64,000 nt of DNA from positions 186,001 to 250,000 of the forward strand of contig JBODTK010000138.1 of NCBI GenBank assembly GCA_050613775.1. Direction: 5' to 3'. The notes under the pieces are model-generated. The model did not search any database. It was not told the DNA's origin and worked only from the letters and a program-made list of their open reading frames with translations. The DNA comes from Neocallimastix sp. 'constans' (lineage: Eukaryota). Within the stretch, counting starts at the first letter, position 1, and each line of letters starts with the position of its first letter. Position numbers and translations under genes: made by a program. Positions 1 to 11,699 of this stretch are shown piece after piece.

Positions 1-3000
1 AAACTTATATACTTATGCTGTATTCCTTTACTTTTTTTATTTCCTTAGTTTTATATTATTATATTTAAAAAAAAAAAGATATTAAAATAATTCCTATTAT
101 TATTTATTATTACATAAAACTAAAAATAAATAAAAAAAATAAACCCACTTATCTTTGAATTTGTTTATAATATTTAATCTTTATTTAATTTGATTTTTTT
201 TTTTTTATTTTAAATACTTTTTATATTTTATTTTTTATTTTTTTTATATTTTTTATTTCTATTTTAAATTAATTATTATTTTAGATAAATGATTTTTCTA
301 ATTTATAATTTATTTAAATATTTTTATTAGTTATAATATTATATTTAAAATAAAAATATTAAAAATAATATATAAAAAGAAATATTGATTTACATATATT
401 TCTTTTTATACTATCATTTTTATTATTATTATACTAAATATTATATTTTATATATTTAAGAAATAAATTTTTATAATTCATATTTTAATATATAAAATTG
501 AATTAAATAAAAAAAACTTATTTTCTTTGGTTTTTTGAATACTAGACGAATGCTAATTCTTTTATTTAATTAACTTTGTTTTTTATTTCTATTTAAAATA
601 ATAATTTTATTATTATTTTTTATTAAAATTATATTTATATTATTAATTATAAATAAATTTTTTTAATTCTTATTTTATTTTATTATAAAAAGAATTAAAA
701 TAGAAACTTATTTTTTTTTCTTTCATTTTGAAAAGAATTCAAAACTTTAATAAAAAAAAAATAGTAAAATAATTTTTTTAAAAAAAGAAATGATTGCTGA
801 ATTCGTCTAAATTTCAAAGATTTTTTTGATTTGTTTTCTTTTTAATTTAGAATATTCGAATTACATTAGGCTCATCAATGGATATTTGTTGATTTGACAC
901 TAGACAGCATTTTAAAACTTACACCTTTTTATTGGTGAAACTGTCTAAATTAAGTCATGGCTTTCAAATCCAAATAATTCAAATTCTTTAAGATATTAGC
1001 AGAAAAAGATTGCAGTAACTGTCTAACACAAGACAGGGATTTTGCTTTGACTAAAATTTCATTTTTATTTAAAATTTGTTCATTAAAAATAAATACCTGA
1101 TTTATTCTTAAAACAAAATTCAAATAAAAATAAAGTAGAATAGAATCCAATTCCATTATAGTAAATATTTCCTCTTTTCTTCTTCTTCTTATTTTAATTC
1201 ATTTCCAATGGCTTTTAAAGATTCCATTGATGAGACTTTTAATTGTTTTATTTACAATAGATGTAACTTAATAAAATTTTCTTTCTTTCTTCTTTACTTG
1301 AAGTTCTTCTTTTTTCTTTTTAAATTTCTTCTTACCGTTAATTATCAAAGATATTTAATTTTTTTTTTGAATTAAATTAAATAACTTTTCTAATTTTTTA
1401 AAAGTCTGAAGTTCAAAAAATTTGAAAATATTTTGTTCTTTTATACTTTTTTTTCCTAAAAATCTTTTTATTAATAAAATATAATATATATTATATAAAC
1501 AAAATGTTTATATCTATTAATTAAAAATATAAATATTAAATAAGAGTTTTATTATCAGTGGTAGAGTAAATTTTTTCAAATAGTTAATATTTATTAAAAT
1601 ATAATATAAAAAATATTTAGTGGTAAAGTTTAGTAACATTTCTATGTAATTTATATAATAATTCCATAAATTTTTTTTAAAATATTTATAAATAAAATTA
1701 TATTAAATATATAATATATTATTAATTTCAATTTTACGTTTTTATATATGTATTATATGTACAATTTTTTTTATTTGTTTTAATTAAAAACAGATATTAA
1801 TACAATACTATTTTACTTTTATATTGTTTGAATATTAATTTTATTAAATATGCTTATAATTATATTAATTATTTTTATTATTTGTAAATTATTCTCGTTT
1901 TATTCGTTTTATTTGAAATACATTTTTTATTCTTTAAATAATTTCATTTGTATTATTAAAAGCCACAAATACTATAAATAAGATAAAATATATCAAGCAT
2001 TTTGATCTTTCTAATAAACTAATATCTCTATTTGAAATATGTAATATTTTTTTTTTTTTTTATTACCATGATTAAGAAATTTTTTAATTAAAATTCAAAA
2101 AAAAAAATATTTATTTTTAAATTTTATTCATTTATTCATTTATTTAAATATAAAACTTATATACTTATGTTGTATTCATTTGCAGGCCTGAGAGGGTTGT
2201 GTGTGAATGGCAAGTTTCTTAAGAGGAGATACGAAACATATGGTGACATATGAAAAATTTAATTATTCTTACTTATAGGTATTTTATGGAGCGGATGACA
2301 TGTGATCACTGATATTGTGGCTGTAAGACTCAATTTTAAGATTATCGTAAAATGACATGCAGTAATAATACTTGGGTAAGGAGCGCCAATTCAGAGAAAC
2401 TGTAAGGCAGTCCAGCAGGGAGAGCACCACCTACTAAGTAGGAAGTTAGATAAGGACTCCAGTAATAAACCATTGTGTGTCTTCAGATGTGCAGCTGGGA
2501 AGAAATCCTGCTACGGTCGTTAAAAAAAAAAAAAAAAAAAAATGTTGTATTCCTTTACTTTTTTTACTTTCTTAATTTTATATTATTATACTTTAAAAAT
2601 AAAAAAAAAAAAGACATTAAAATAATTCCTATTTTTATTTATTATTACACAAAACAAAAAATTAATAAAAAAGTAAACACACTTTTTTTTGAATTTTTTT
2701 ATAATATTTAATCTTTATTTAATTTGATTTTTTTTTTTTATATTTTAAATACTTTTTTATTTTTTATTTTTTATTTTTTTTATATTTTTTATTTCTATTT
2801 TAAATTAATTATTATTTTAGATAACTATTTTTTCTAATTTATGATTTATTTAAATATTTTAATTAGTTATAATATTATATTTAAAATAAAAATATTAAAA
2901 ATAATATATAAAAATAATTATTGATTTACATATATTTCTTTTTATATTATTATTTCTATTATTCTTAAATTAAATATATTTTATTTTATACATTTAAAAA

Positions 3001-3020
3001 ATAAATTTTTTTAATTCATA
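1..3020. repeat. Diverged direct duplication: 1-~490 is repeated at ~2153-3020, and the second copy is interrupted by a retroposon
   Basis: aaacttatatacttatg(c/t)tgtattc...ctttacttttt...attaaaataattcctatt...ttagttataatattatatttaaaataaaaatattaaaaataatatataaaa is colinear in both copies. Confidence 0.85.
2178..2541 (+). mobile_element. 5'-truncated non-LTR (LINE) retrocopy with poly(A) tail and 11-bp TSD
   Basis: TSD atgttgtattc at 2167-2177 and 2542-2552; poly(A) at 2522-2541; empty site visible at ~16-30. With one frameshift it encodes RSANSE/ETVRQSSRESTT, similar to KSVNAEETVRQACRASAT at the end of the LINE ORF at 52636-52851. Confidence 0.85.
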
Positions 3021-3052
3021 GTTCAATGATTATTCTTTTTAACTGTCTTAAC

Positions 3053-3352
3053 TTATCTTTTTTTTTTATTTTCTCTCCAATACTTCTTTTTGATAAGGGC
3101 AACACATTCATCTAAGGTAGGAACTCTATTAAGTCTAACCTGTTCTTCTCTTAGTGACGGGATGATATCATCTTCAGCAGCGGTAATAATATAACTAAAC
3201 TTATTTTCATCAGTAATGATACCTTCCCTATTAAACCAATTATTAATATTAAATTTCCAGATTTCTTCGTTTTTACAAGATCCACCAATTCTTGGAAGAG
3301 TCCCAGTATCTACCCGATTGCCAGTAAAATTATTATTCCTCATTATTAGCAA
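3053..3352 (-). pseudogene. Truncated Gag-like ORF of an LTR retrotransposon
   Basis: ORF contains WKFNINNWFNREGIITDENKFSYIITA, resembling Ty3/gypsy-type Gag N-termini. It lies downstream of an LTR and PBS on the same strand and breaks at a homopolymer. Confidence 0.6.
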
Positions 3353-3393
3353 TTAATTAAAAAAAAAAAATAATAGTACTTATTTATTAAATT

Positions 3394-3433
<40 letters not shown>

Positions 3434-3758
3434 ATTTATTTATACAATATAATGTTTTTTATAATAATTATTATTATTATTTAATATAATTATAAGATAA
3501 CAAATTTTTATTTATTTTAAGACAATTTATTTAAAGTATACTTAAATGAATGAAATAATATATATTTTATAACTTTCTCTTCATCTAATATAAAATAACT
3601 ATAAACAATCAAAAAAAAATTTATTATATCCTAAATTATTTCCTAAATAATATATTAATCCTAATTGAAGAGAATATATATAAATATGTACGAATAAATA
3701 ATTAATTAACAAAATTACTAAACACCACTACTTATAAATTATTTTTTTTACACAGCAC

Positions 3759-3777
3759 ATCCCCGATATCTCCACCA
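3759..3777 (-). other. Primer-binding site complementary to the 3' end of a tRNA-Ala
   Basis: Plus strand atccccgatatctccacca reads as a tRNA 3' end including CCA, with an Ala-type acceptor (...CTCCACCA). The minus strand TGGTGGAGATATCGGGGAT lies 5 nt inside the LTR end. Confidence 0.8.
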
Positions 3778-3782
3778 ATTTT

Positions 3783-4168
3783 TGATATGCGGGACTTTTA
3801 TGTGCAATAATTTATAAGCAGTGGGTTTTAAATAATAGTAGTTTAGTAAATTTTATTAATAAAATTATAATATTTGTACAATTAAAATAATAATTCTAAT
3901 TCCTAAAATTTTACAAGAGAGTCCTCTATTTCTAATATAAATAATCTAATCTATTTATAAGAAATAGGTAATATATTAATTATATATTCTAATATATAGA
4001 ATTATATAAATTTTATATGAAATAAAGTATTACAATTATTATAATTATAATAATACATATTGAAATAAAATAAAATAAAATAATTATTATCAAAAAGATA
4101 TAAATTTAATATTTAATAATTAATATTAAATATACAAATATGTTACTACACATATTTGTTTTATATCA
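3783..4168 (-). mobile_element. LTR (5' LTR of a minus-strand retrotransposon relic)
   Basis: Termini TGATAT...ATATCA, adjacent to the PBS. Homologous ends recur at 41509-42187. Confidence 0.8.
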
Positions 4169-4172
4169 CTAA

Positions 4173-5057
4173 TGATATGAGGGACTTTTACCATAATTTA
4201 TAAGCAATGGGTTTTTAAATCATGGTTGCTTAGTAAAATTTATTAATAAAATTATAATATTCGTATTCCAATTAAAATAATCATTTTAATTTCTAAAATT
4301 TACGAGAGAGTCTTCCAATTAAAATAATGATTCTAATTCCTAAAATTTATAAGAGAGTCTTCCATTTCTAGGGAGTGTTGCATTTTGAAACGTGGCTTTT
4401 AAATTAAAATTTGATTTATAATTTAACGGTATATTTTTTTTCTTTTTTAAATGATTGTAAATAAATAAATAAATAAATAAATAAAAATAGAAATAAATAT
4501 AAATAGGTTAATTTTTAACATTAAAAAAAAAAAAAATTTTCTCATCAAGACATTATTTATAATAAATATTTATTATTATTTTAACGAAAAATATTAACAA
4601 AATATCTTTAAAATTAAATATTATTATATATTTAATTTTATATTTTGTTAGTATTTTAACAAAAAATACTAAAATATATTTTTAAAATTAAATATTATTA
4701 TATATTATTGTAATAAAAGATATTAAAGTATGTTTATTAAAAATTGTTAAATATTTATTTCATTATTTTATTTATTTACTAAAAATTTAAGTATTATTAT
4801 TTATTTATTAATTATAATTTAAGCCACCCTTACATCAACGGTTTTTTAAAATAAGCCGCATTTCATATAAAGCCACGTTCCCAAATGCAATATTCCGAAA
4901 TGCAACATTGCGAAATACACCCCTATTTCTAATATAAATAATTTAATCTCTTGATAAGAAATTGAAATAGGTAATATATTAATTATATATTCTAATATAT
5001 AGAATTCTATTATAACTTTTATATGAATAAAAGTATTATAATTATTATTGTTATTAA
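4173..5057 (-). mobile_element. Second, tandem LTR copy, interrupted by a MITE and truncated by a MULE
   Basis: Begins tgatatgagggactttta. Colinear with 3783-4050 on both sides of the 4371-4922 insertion (gagagtc...atttcta | atataaataat..aatct...gaaataggtaatatattaattatatattctaatatatagaatt). Confidence 0.75.
4371..4922. mobile_element. Non-autonomous MULE-family MITE
   Basis: Left TIR gggagtgttgcattttgaaacgtggcttt and right TIR aaagccacgttcccaaatgcaatattcc...ccc. Near-perfect 9-bp TSD ccatttcta/ctatttcta. The TIR resembles the MULE end at 11301-11343. Confidence 0.8.
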
Positions 5058-5689
5058 GTGAATGTGGTTAATTTCGCCAATTTTTATAATACAATTTTTC
5101 AATACGCCATTTATTTTTAATGGCTTGTAAAATTTTTTGTTAACGCCATAAAAAATTTTAATAAAATTATATGTAAAAAAAATAAATGTATAAATAAATA
5201 AGCAAACAAATAAATAAATAAATTTAGAATGTAATAAGTATATAAAATAAAAATAAATAGTAGAATATGAATATAAAGTACAGATTGAATAAAATAAAAT
5301 AAAATAAAATAAATAGTAGAATATAAATATAAGTACAGATTGAATAAAATAAAATAAAATAAATATCTAATATTTTTTTTTACTATAGAATATTACAGAT
5401 CAATGTTTTAGAAATGAAAATTTTTTACATTTTTATTGTATTCAATTGATGATGTAATTTAATATATTAAACAATATTATTGATTGTTAATAATATCATT
5501 AAATATAAATGATTTTTTGCTTTCTAACATATATAATTAAATAAAACATTTTATTTTTAAAAATAAATTGTCTTTAATATTTTTTAATAAAAAATAATGA
5601 TATATATTTAATTTATTTTATTTTATATACTTGTACTTTTATATTATTACATTCAATATTTATTTAATTTTATTTTATTTTATTTTATT

Positions 5690-6760
5690 TTATTCAATCT
5701 GTACTTTAATATTTAATATTCTACTTTTTATTTTATTTTATTTTATTCAATCTGTACTTTAATATTTAATATTCTACTTTTTATTTTATTTTATTTTATT
5801 CAATCTGTACTTTAATATTTAATATTCTACTTTTTATTTTATTTTATTTTATTCAATCTGTACTTTAATATTTAATATTCTACTTTTTATTTTATTTTAT
5901 TTTATTCAATCTGTACTTTAATATTTAATATTCTACTTTTTATTTTATTTTATTTTATTCAATCTGTACTTTAATATTTAATATTCTACTTTTTATTTTA
6001 TTTTATTTTATTTTATTTTATTTTATTCAATCTGTACTTTATATTTATATTTCTACTATTTATTTTATTTTATTTTATTTTATTTTATTTTATTTTATTT
6101 TATTTTATTTTATTTTATTTTATTTTATTTTATTTTATTTTATTTTATTTTATTTTATTTTATTTTATTTTATTTTATTTTATTTTATTTTATTTTATTT
6201 TATTTTATTTTATTTTATTATATTTTATTTTATTTTATTCAATCTGTACTTATATTTATATTTCAACTATTTATTTTATTTTATTTTATTTTATTTTATT
6301 ATATTTTATTTTATTTTATTCAATCTGTACTTATATTTATATTTCAACTATTTATTTTATTTTATTTTATTTTATTTTATTTTATTTTATTTTATTTTAT
6401 TTTATTTTATTTTATTTTATTTTATTTTATTTTATTTTATTTTATTTTATTTTATTTTATTTTATTTTATTTTATTTTATTTTATTTTATTTTTTATTTT
6501 ATTCAATCTGTATTATATATTCATATTCTACTATTTATTTTATTTTATTTTATTTTATTTTATTTTATTTTATTTTATTTTATTCAATCTGTACTTTAAT
6601 ATTTAATATTCTACTTTTTGTTTTATTTTATTTTATTTTATTTTATTTTATTCAATCTGGACTTTAATATTTAATATTCTACTTTTTGTTTTATTTTATT
6701 TTATTTTATTTTATTTTACTCAATCTGTACTTTAATATTTAATATTCTACTTTTTAATTA
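5690..6760. repeat. 53-bp minisatellite (attcaatctgtactttaatatttaatattctactttttattttattttatttt) with (TTTTA)n expansions
   Basis: Units start at 5692, 5745, 5798 and onward. Inverted copies of the unit occur at ~5255-5365. Confidence 0.95.
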
Positions 6761-6920
6761 ATTTGTATACTTGTACTTACTATTGCATTCTTTATTTATT
6801 TATTTTTTTTATAAATAATTGAAAAACTAATTTTTCAAAATTAGTATTTAGAATAATATTGAATAATTAATATAATAATTTTAATTATATAATTAAAAAA
6901 TAATTTATAAAAATATAGAA

Positions 6921-7953
6921 ATGGAAAAAAATCTTATTATTGATATAAGTGAGTCTAACAAAGGAAAAAAATAAATTATTATTAATAAAAAATATAAATT
7001 TAATTTTTCATATATATATATATAAGAAAAGATAATTCAAAAGTTTATGTACAGAAATAAATGTAAATCTTTTATTATTTTAAATGATAAGAAAGAAATC
7101 TTAAAACATGATAGTTCAAATTATCATCCTGAAAAAGAATAAGATGTATCTCTATCTATAATGAAACATAAAATTAAAGATGGAATTGAAAAAAAGTTCA
7201 ATTCCTTATGGTATAAAAATAAAACCCCTATATAATAAAATTTCTAAAGAAATGAGATTTATATGTCCAGAATATAATTCAATTAAATCCCAAATATCAA
7301 GAAATTTAAATAAAAACTACCATCCAATGTAACAACATTTACTGAAATTCCTAATGAATCTAAATATTATAAAACAAAGTGAGGTGAAAATTTTATGATA
7401 TTCAAAAAATATTAATTTAATAATTTTTCAATCTTCTTTTCAAGTAAAATTATTTAGGGAATATAATGATGATATATTTGTTGATGGTACATTTTTTATT
7501 GCCCCTAAATTTAGTTATCAAATATTTATTACAAGAATTTACGCTAAAGAATTAGATAGTTTTTACACTACTTCTTTTGCAATATTAAAAAATAAAGAAC
7601 AAGAAACATATAAAATATTTAAAAAATTAAAAAAAAAAAAATGCTAATACATGTAACAATAATATTATAATTGCAGAATCAATAGTTAATTTATTTCCAG
7701 CAATACCATCTTATTATAAATTAATAGATAAATTAAATGAACTTGAACATTTACCATATTATGATTATCAAAGAAAAATAAGAGGAATTTGGAAAATAAA
7801 AAAAAAAGAGCAATAAATAAAGCTAATGAAATCAGTGTCTTAATTGAACGCTACAAAAATATTGAAACCAAGTTAAATGATGCTAAATGTGATAGAAATA
7901 ATACTATTAATTTGTAGTTTGATTGTTTAACTGATTTAAATAATATAATATAA
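6921..7953 (+). pseudogene. MULE transposase pseudogene (FLYWCH-like N-terminus, DGTF motif), internally deleted
   Basis: MEKNLIIDISESNKGK..KYKFNF..CTE..CKS..H and IFVDGTFFIAPKFSYQIFITR. Multiple stops and frameshifts. Lacks the middle region present in 9305-10763. Confidence 0.85.
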
Positions 7954-8284
7954 ATATTATTTTATAATAAATAATTAAAAAATGAGGAATAACCAAACGA
8001 AATAATCAGAATTCTGTCATTCAAAAATTTAATTTATAAAGCTTATTAAATTTATACAGTTTAAATAAATATTCAAATACGTCTCTATAATTAATAATTT
8101 TATCATTATAATTATTATTTTTTTTTAATAACATTTAAATAAAAGAATTATTATTAATAATATTTATATTTTTAATAACATTTATATTTTTATATAATTT
8201 TTTTATTAATAGCATTTAAATAAAAGAATTAAAATCATAAAATCTAACCATTATATGATTTATTTAATTATTCACTTAATAATT

Positions 8285-8289
<5 letters not shown>

Positions 8290-8327
<38 letters not shown>

Positions 8328-8494
8328 GACTGAAGACTTTGGTCTTCCCCATATAGTAATATGGGTGTATGATTAACTGCCATACCGGTACGGCGTCGAC
8401 GCTCTCAACTCCCCATAAGCAAAGAAACTCCATATAGAAGCACCCTACGCGATCCTCTAGGGAAAGCAGAGCCAACTATAGGTGGCTCTGCTTT
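8290..8494 (-). mobile_element. Short poly(A)-tailed retroposon (LINE-related 3' fragment or SINE) with 11-bp TSD
   Basis: TSD ataattcattt at 8279-8289 and 8495-8505; poly(T) to ~8324; empty site in the homologous MULE at ~36361-36385. Shares gtacg(g/a)cgtcgacgctct with the LINE at 36898-36915. Confidence 0.85.
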
Positions 8495-9266
8495 ATAATT
8501 CATTTAAAAATTGAAATAACAAAATAATACAATAAAATAATATTATGTAGCATAGTATAGCTATAGCCACAAATTTATGTATATCACGTGAAAAATTGAT
8601 GTAATGTAACCTCCCTATAAAATATCTTTACAAATATCTGTTTAAATAAATAATATTGATAAATAATAAATAAATATAATAATAATAATAATAATAAAAT
8701 AAACAATATATTAATATAATTAATAAAAAAAAATAATAATATAAACAGTATTGCTATAATTATAAAAGGATTATCATTAATAATAATAATGACGATTAAA
8801 TATTATAAATAGTATTATTATTATTTACAAATATATATATAAATGAATTAATAAAAATAATATTTACCTACTTAAGAAAAATGTAAAAAAAGTTTTTCTT
8901 ATAGTATTTTATAAATTAATAATAAATAATATATAATAAATAATAAATAAATAATATAAACTGTAGCAATAATTACAGAAATATCAATAATAATATTTTT
9001 ATAATAACGATGAAAATTATAATAGTTATGAAATATAAAAATAAATATAAAATTATAATATAAAAATTTTTATACTTAATATAATAAAAAATATAATAAA
9101 CTTATAAATACTTTATATTTATCCAGTTACACTAAAAAAAAGGAATTATTTAAAATATAGAAGAATTAAAAAAAAAGATTTGGATAATTAATCTTCATTT
9201 AAAGTATATATAATTAAAAATATATATTATTAAAATTAATCATTAGAATATTTAATTAGAAACTTT

Positions 9267-9304
<38 letters not shown>

Positions 9305-9308
<4 letters not shown>

Positions 9309-10763
9309 AGAAAAATCTAGAAATTGAAATAAGCAAAACTAATAGAGGAAAAAAAAACAAATTATTTTAAACAGAAAATATAAGTTTAATCTTTCATCCA
9401 AAAGAAAAGACAATTCAAAAAAAAAATATAAATGTACAGAATATAAAACATTAAATCAATGTCCGTCTTTCATTATTTTAAATAATGAGAATCAAATCTT
9501 AGAATATGATGACTCACATAATCATCTTGAAAATATATTTGGAGCAGCTAAATCAATTGTAAAAAAATAAAATTAAAGATGAAATTTCAAATAGTTCAAT
9601 TCCTTTTAATGTAAATATAAAACGTAAATAGGATGAAATTTCTCAAGGTATGGGTCTTATATGTTCAGGATAGAATTCAATTAAATCCCTAGTAACAAGA
9701 AGTAGAAGAAAACAACTACCTCCTGATATAACAACATTTGATGAAATTCCCAATGAATCAAAATATTATAAAACAAAAAGGGATGAAAATTTTATGATAT
9801 TCAAAAATAATAATTTAATTGTTTTTCAATCTCCACTCCAAGCAGAATTATTTTCTAAAAATAAACCTATTTTTGTGGATGGCACATTTTATATTGCACC
9901 TATATTTAGTTATCAAGTATTCATAACTAGAACCTATATTACAGAATTAAATTGTTTTTACACTACTTCCTTTTCTATATTAAAAAATAAAAAGCAAACA
10001 ACTTATGAAATATTATTTGAAGAAATAAAAAAAAAAAAAAAAATTCTAGTAAATATAATAGTATTGAAATTACACCAAAAAATACTTCATTGCAATTTTG
10101 AAAAAGCTGTATCTAATGCTGCACAAAAAGTTTTTATTAATGTAAATATATTAAATACTGTAAATGGCATTTTAAAAGAGCATTAGAAATTAAAAAAAAA
10201 AAAAAAAAAGAATTATGTGGTAATAAAGTAGAAAAAATAAAAGATTTATATATTTATTATAATAATATTTCGAACCTTCCTTTCATTAATCCTGAATATA
10301 TATATGATATATATAGTAAAATAAAAAGTGAGTGCCAAGAACATAATTATGTTCAATTTTTAGAATTTTTAGAATATTTTAAAAAAATCTTATTTAATTA
10401 ACTTTGAAACTGAAAATTGGAACTATTATGATAATATTGAGCATATTACAAATAATGTTTCAGAAACTTTTAATAAATACTTAAAAAAATTATTTGCAAA
10501 AAAAACCAACTTTTTTTCAATTACTATCAGAATTGCAAAAAGAAGAATCAAAATATTACATTGATTACAAAAGGAGAACCACTGGAATTTTAAGAAATAA
10601 AAAACAAAAAAAAATTAATAAGAACTGAGGAAATTAAAGCTTTAGTTAAATATTACAAAAATATGGAAATTCTATTAAAAAAAAAAGGAAAGTGTTAGAA
10701 ATGATTTCATTGAATTATGGTTAAAATGCTTAAATGATTTAAATATAAAAATTGTTGATTAAA
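9305..10763 (+). pseudogene. MULE transposase pseudogene, copy 2 (near full length)
   Basis: MEKNLEIEISKTNRGK..., PIFVDGTFYIAPIFSYQVFITR, HCNFEKAVSNA, WNYYDNIEHITNNVSETFN. Frameshifts fall mostly in A-runs. Confidence 0.9.
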
Positions 10764-11300
10764 TAATAAATTATTAAGAAATGACAGAAAATTGACCAAA
10801 CGAATTCTGTCATACATAATAATAATTTTTTAATAGTAAAAATTATTTTAAAAAGAGAATAAATGAATAAATACAATAATTATTAAAGTATTTTTAATCT
10901 TTATTAGATTAGGTTAGTTTAAGAACATTAAAATATATTTTTATGATAAAATATTATTATTTTAAAAATATATTTATATAATTAAAATATTGTTATAATA
11001 TTATTTTTTACAAAATATTAAAATATATCTTTATAATTAAATATATTTTTATAATTAAATATTTTAAATAATTATTTTATTACTATTTTACAAAATATTA
11101 AAATATATCTTTATAATTAAATATATTTTTATAATTAAATATTATAAATTATTATTTTATTACTATATATATATAATAATAATTTTTTTAATAGTAAAAA
11201 TTATTTTAAAAAGAGAATAAATGAATAAATACAATAATTATTAAAGTAAAAAATTATTTTGAATTTTTATTTATTTATTCATTCATTTATTTATATCAAT

Positions 11301-11343
11301 AAGCCACTTGTCGAAATGCAACTTGTCGAAATGCAATCTCCCC
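11301..11343. mobile_element. Right terminal inverted repeat of MULE copy 2
   Basis: aagccacttgtcgaaatgcaacttgtcgaaatgcaatctcccc, similar to the MITE TIR at ~4869-4922. Confidence 0.7.
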
Positions 11344-11662
11344 TACAAAAGTACAATTAAAAAATTCAATGTCAATTTAAACTAACTGAATTTTAATTAT
11401 TTTTCTTAAATTGTTATTTGAATTCCTATTCCTATATGTACGTATTACCTATTTAATATACATAATATGAACCAATCATGATGAAGAATGTATATGAATT
11501 TAATTTTTTTTTTTTTTAAAATATAATTTATTAAAATAAATATATTAAAAAGTGACACCTCTATATTGATGAGTACAAAGGATTTAGGTCGTACTCTCAA
11601 TATATATTTATGTAAAAAGAAGGCGGCCGTATAGGTTGATGTAGATATATATTAAAGTCAAA

Positions 11663-11699
<37 letters not shown>

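Larger units (their letters stand above)
5058..8615 (+). mobile_element. Degenerate MULE (Mutator-like) DNA transposon, copy 1
   Basis: Contains a transposase pseudogene. Right end atcacgtgaaaaattgatgtaatgtaacctccc is shared with 36452-36485. The left end ...ttaatttcgccaattttt is a partial inverse of aaaattggcgtaa, so the left boundary is uncertain. Confidence 0.6.

Noticed and set aside
790..1430. Coding-like minus-strand sequence, including ORF 950-1156
   Set aside because: Many stops and no recognisable motif. Possibly a decayed gene or TE, but unsupported.
3759..3777. tRNA gene
   Set aside because: Only the 3' 19 nt with encoded CCA are present, next to an LTR, so it is a PBS.
5690..6760. 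Regularly spaced repeats resembling a CRISPR array
   Set aside because: The spacers are (TTTTA)n low-complexity sequence rather than unique, the context is eukaryotic, and there are no cas genes.
11563..11605. Hammerhead ribozyme or C/D snoRNA (tgatga followed by a stem)
   Set aside because: Lacks the CUGAUGA...GAAA core and a clear CUGA D box.
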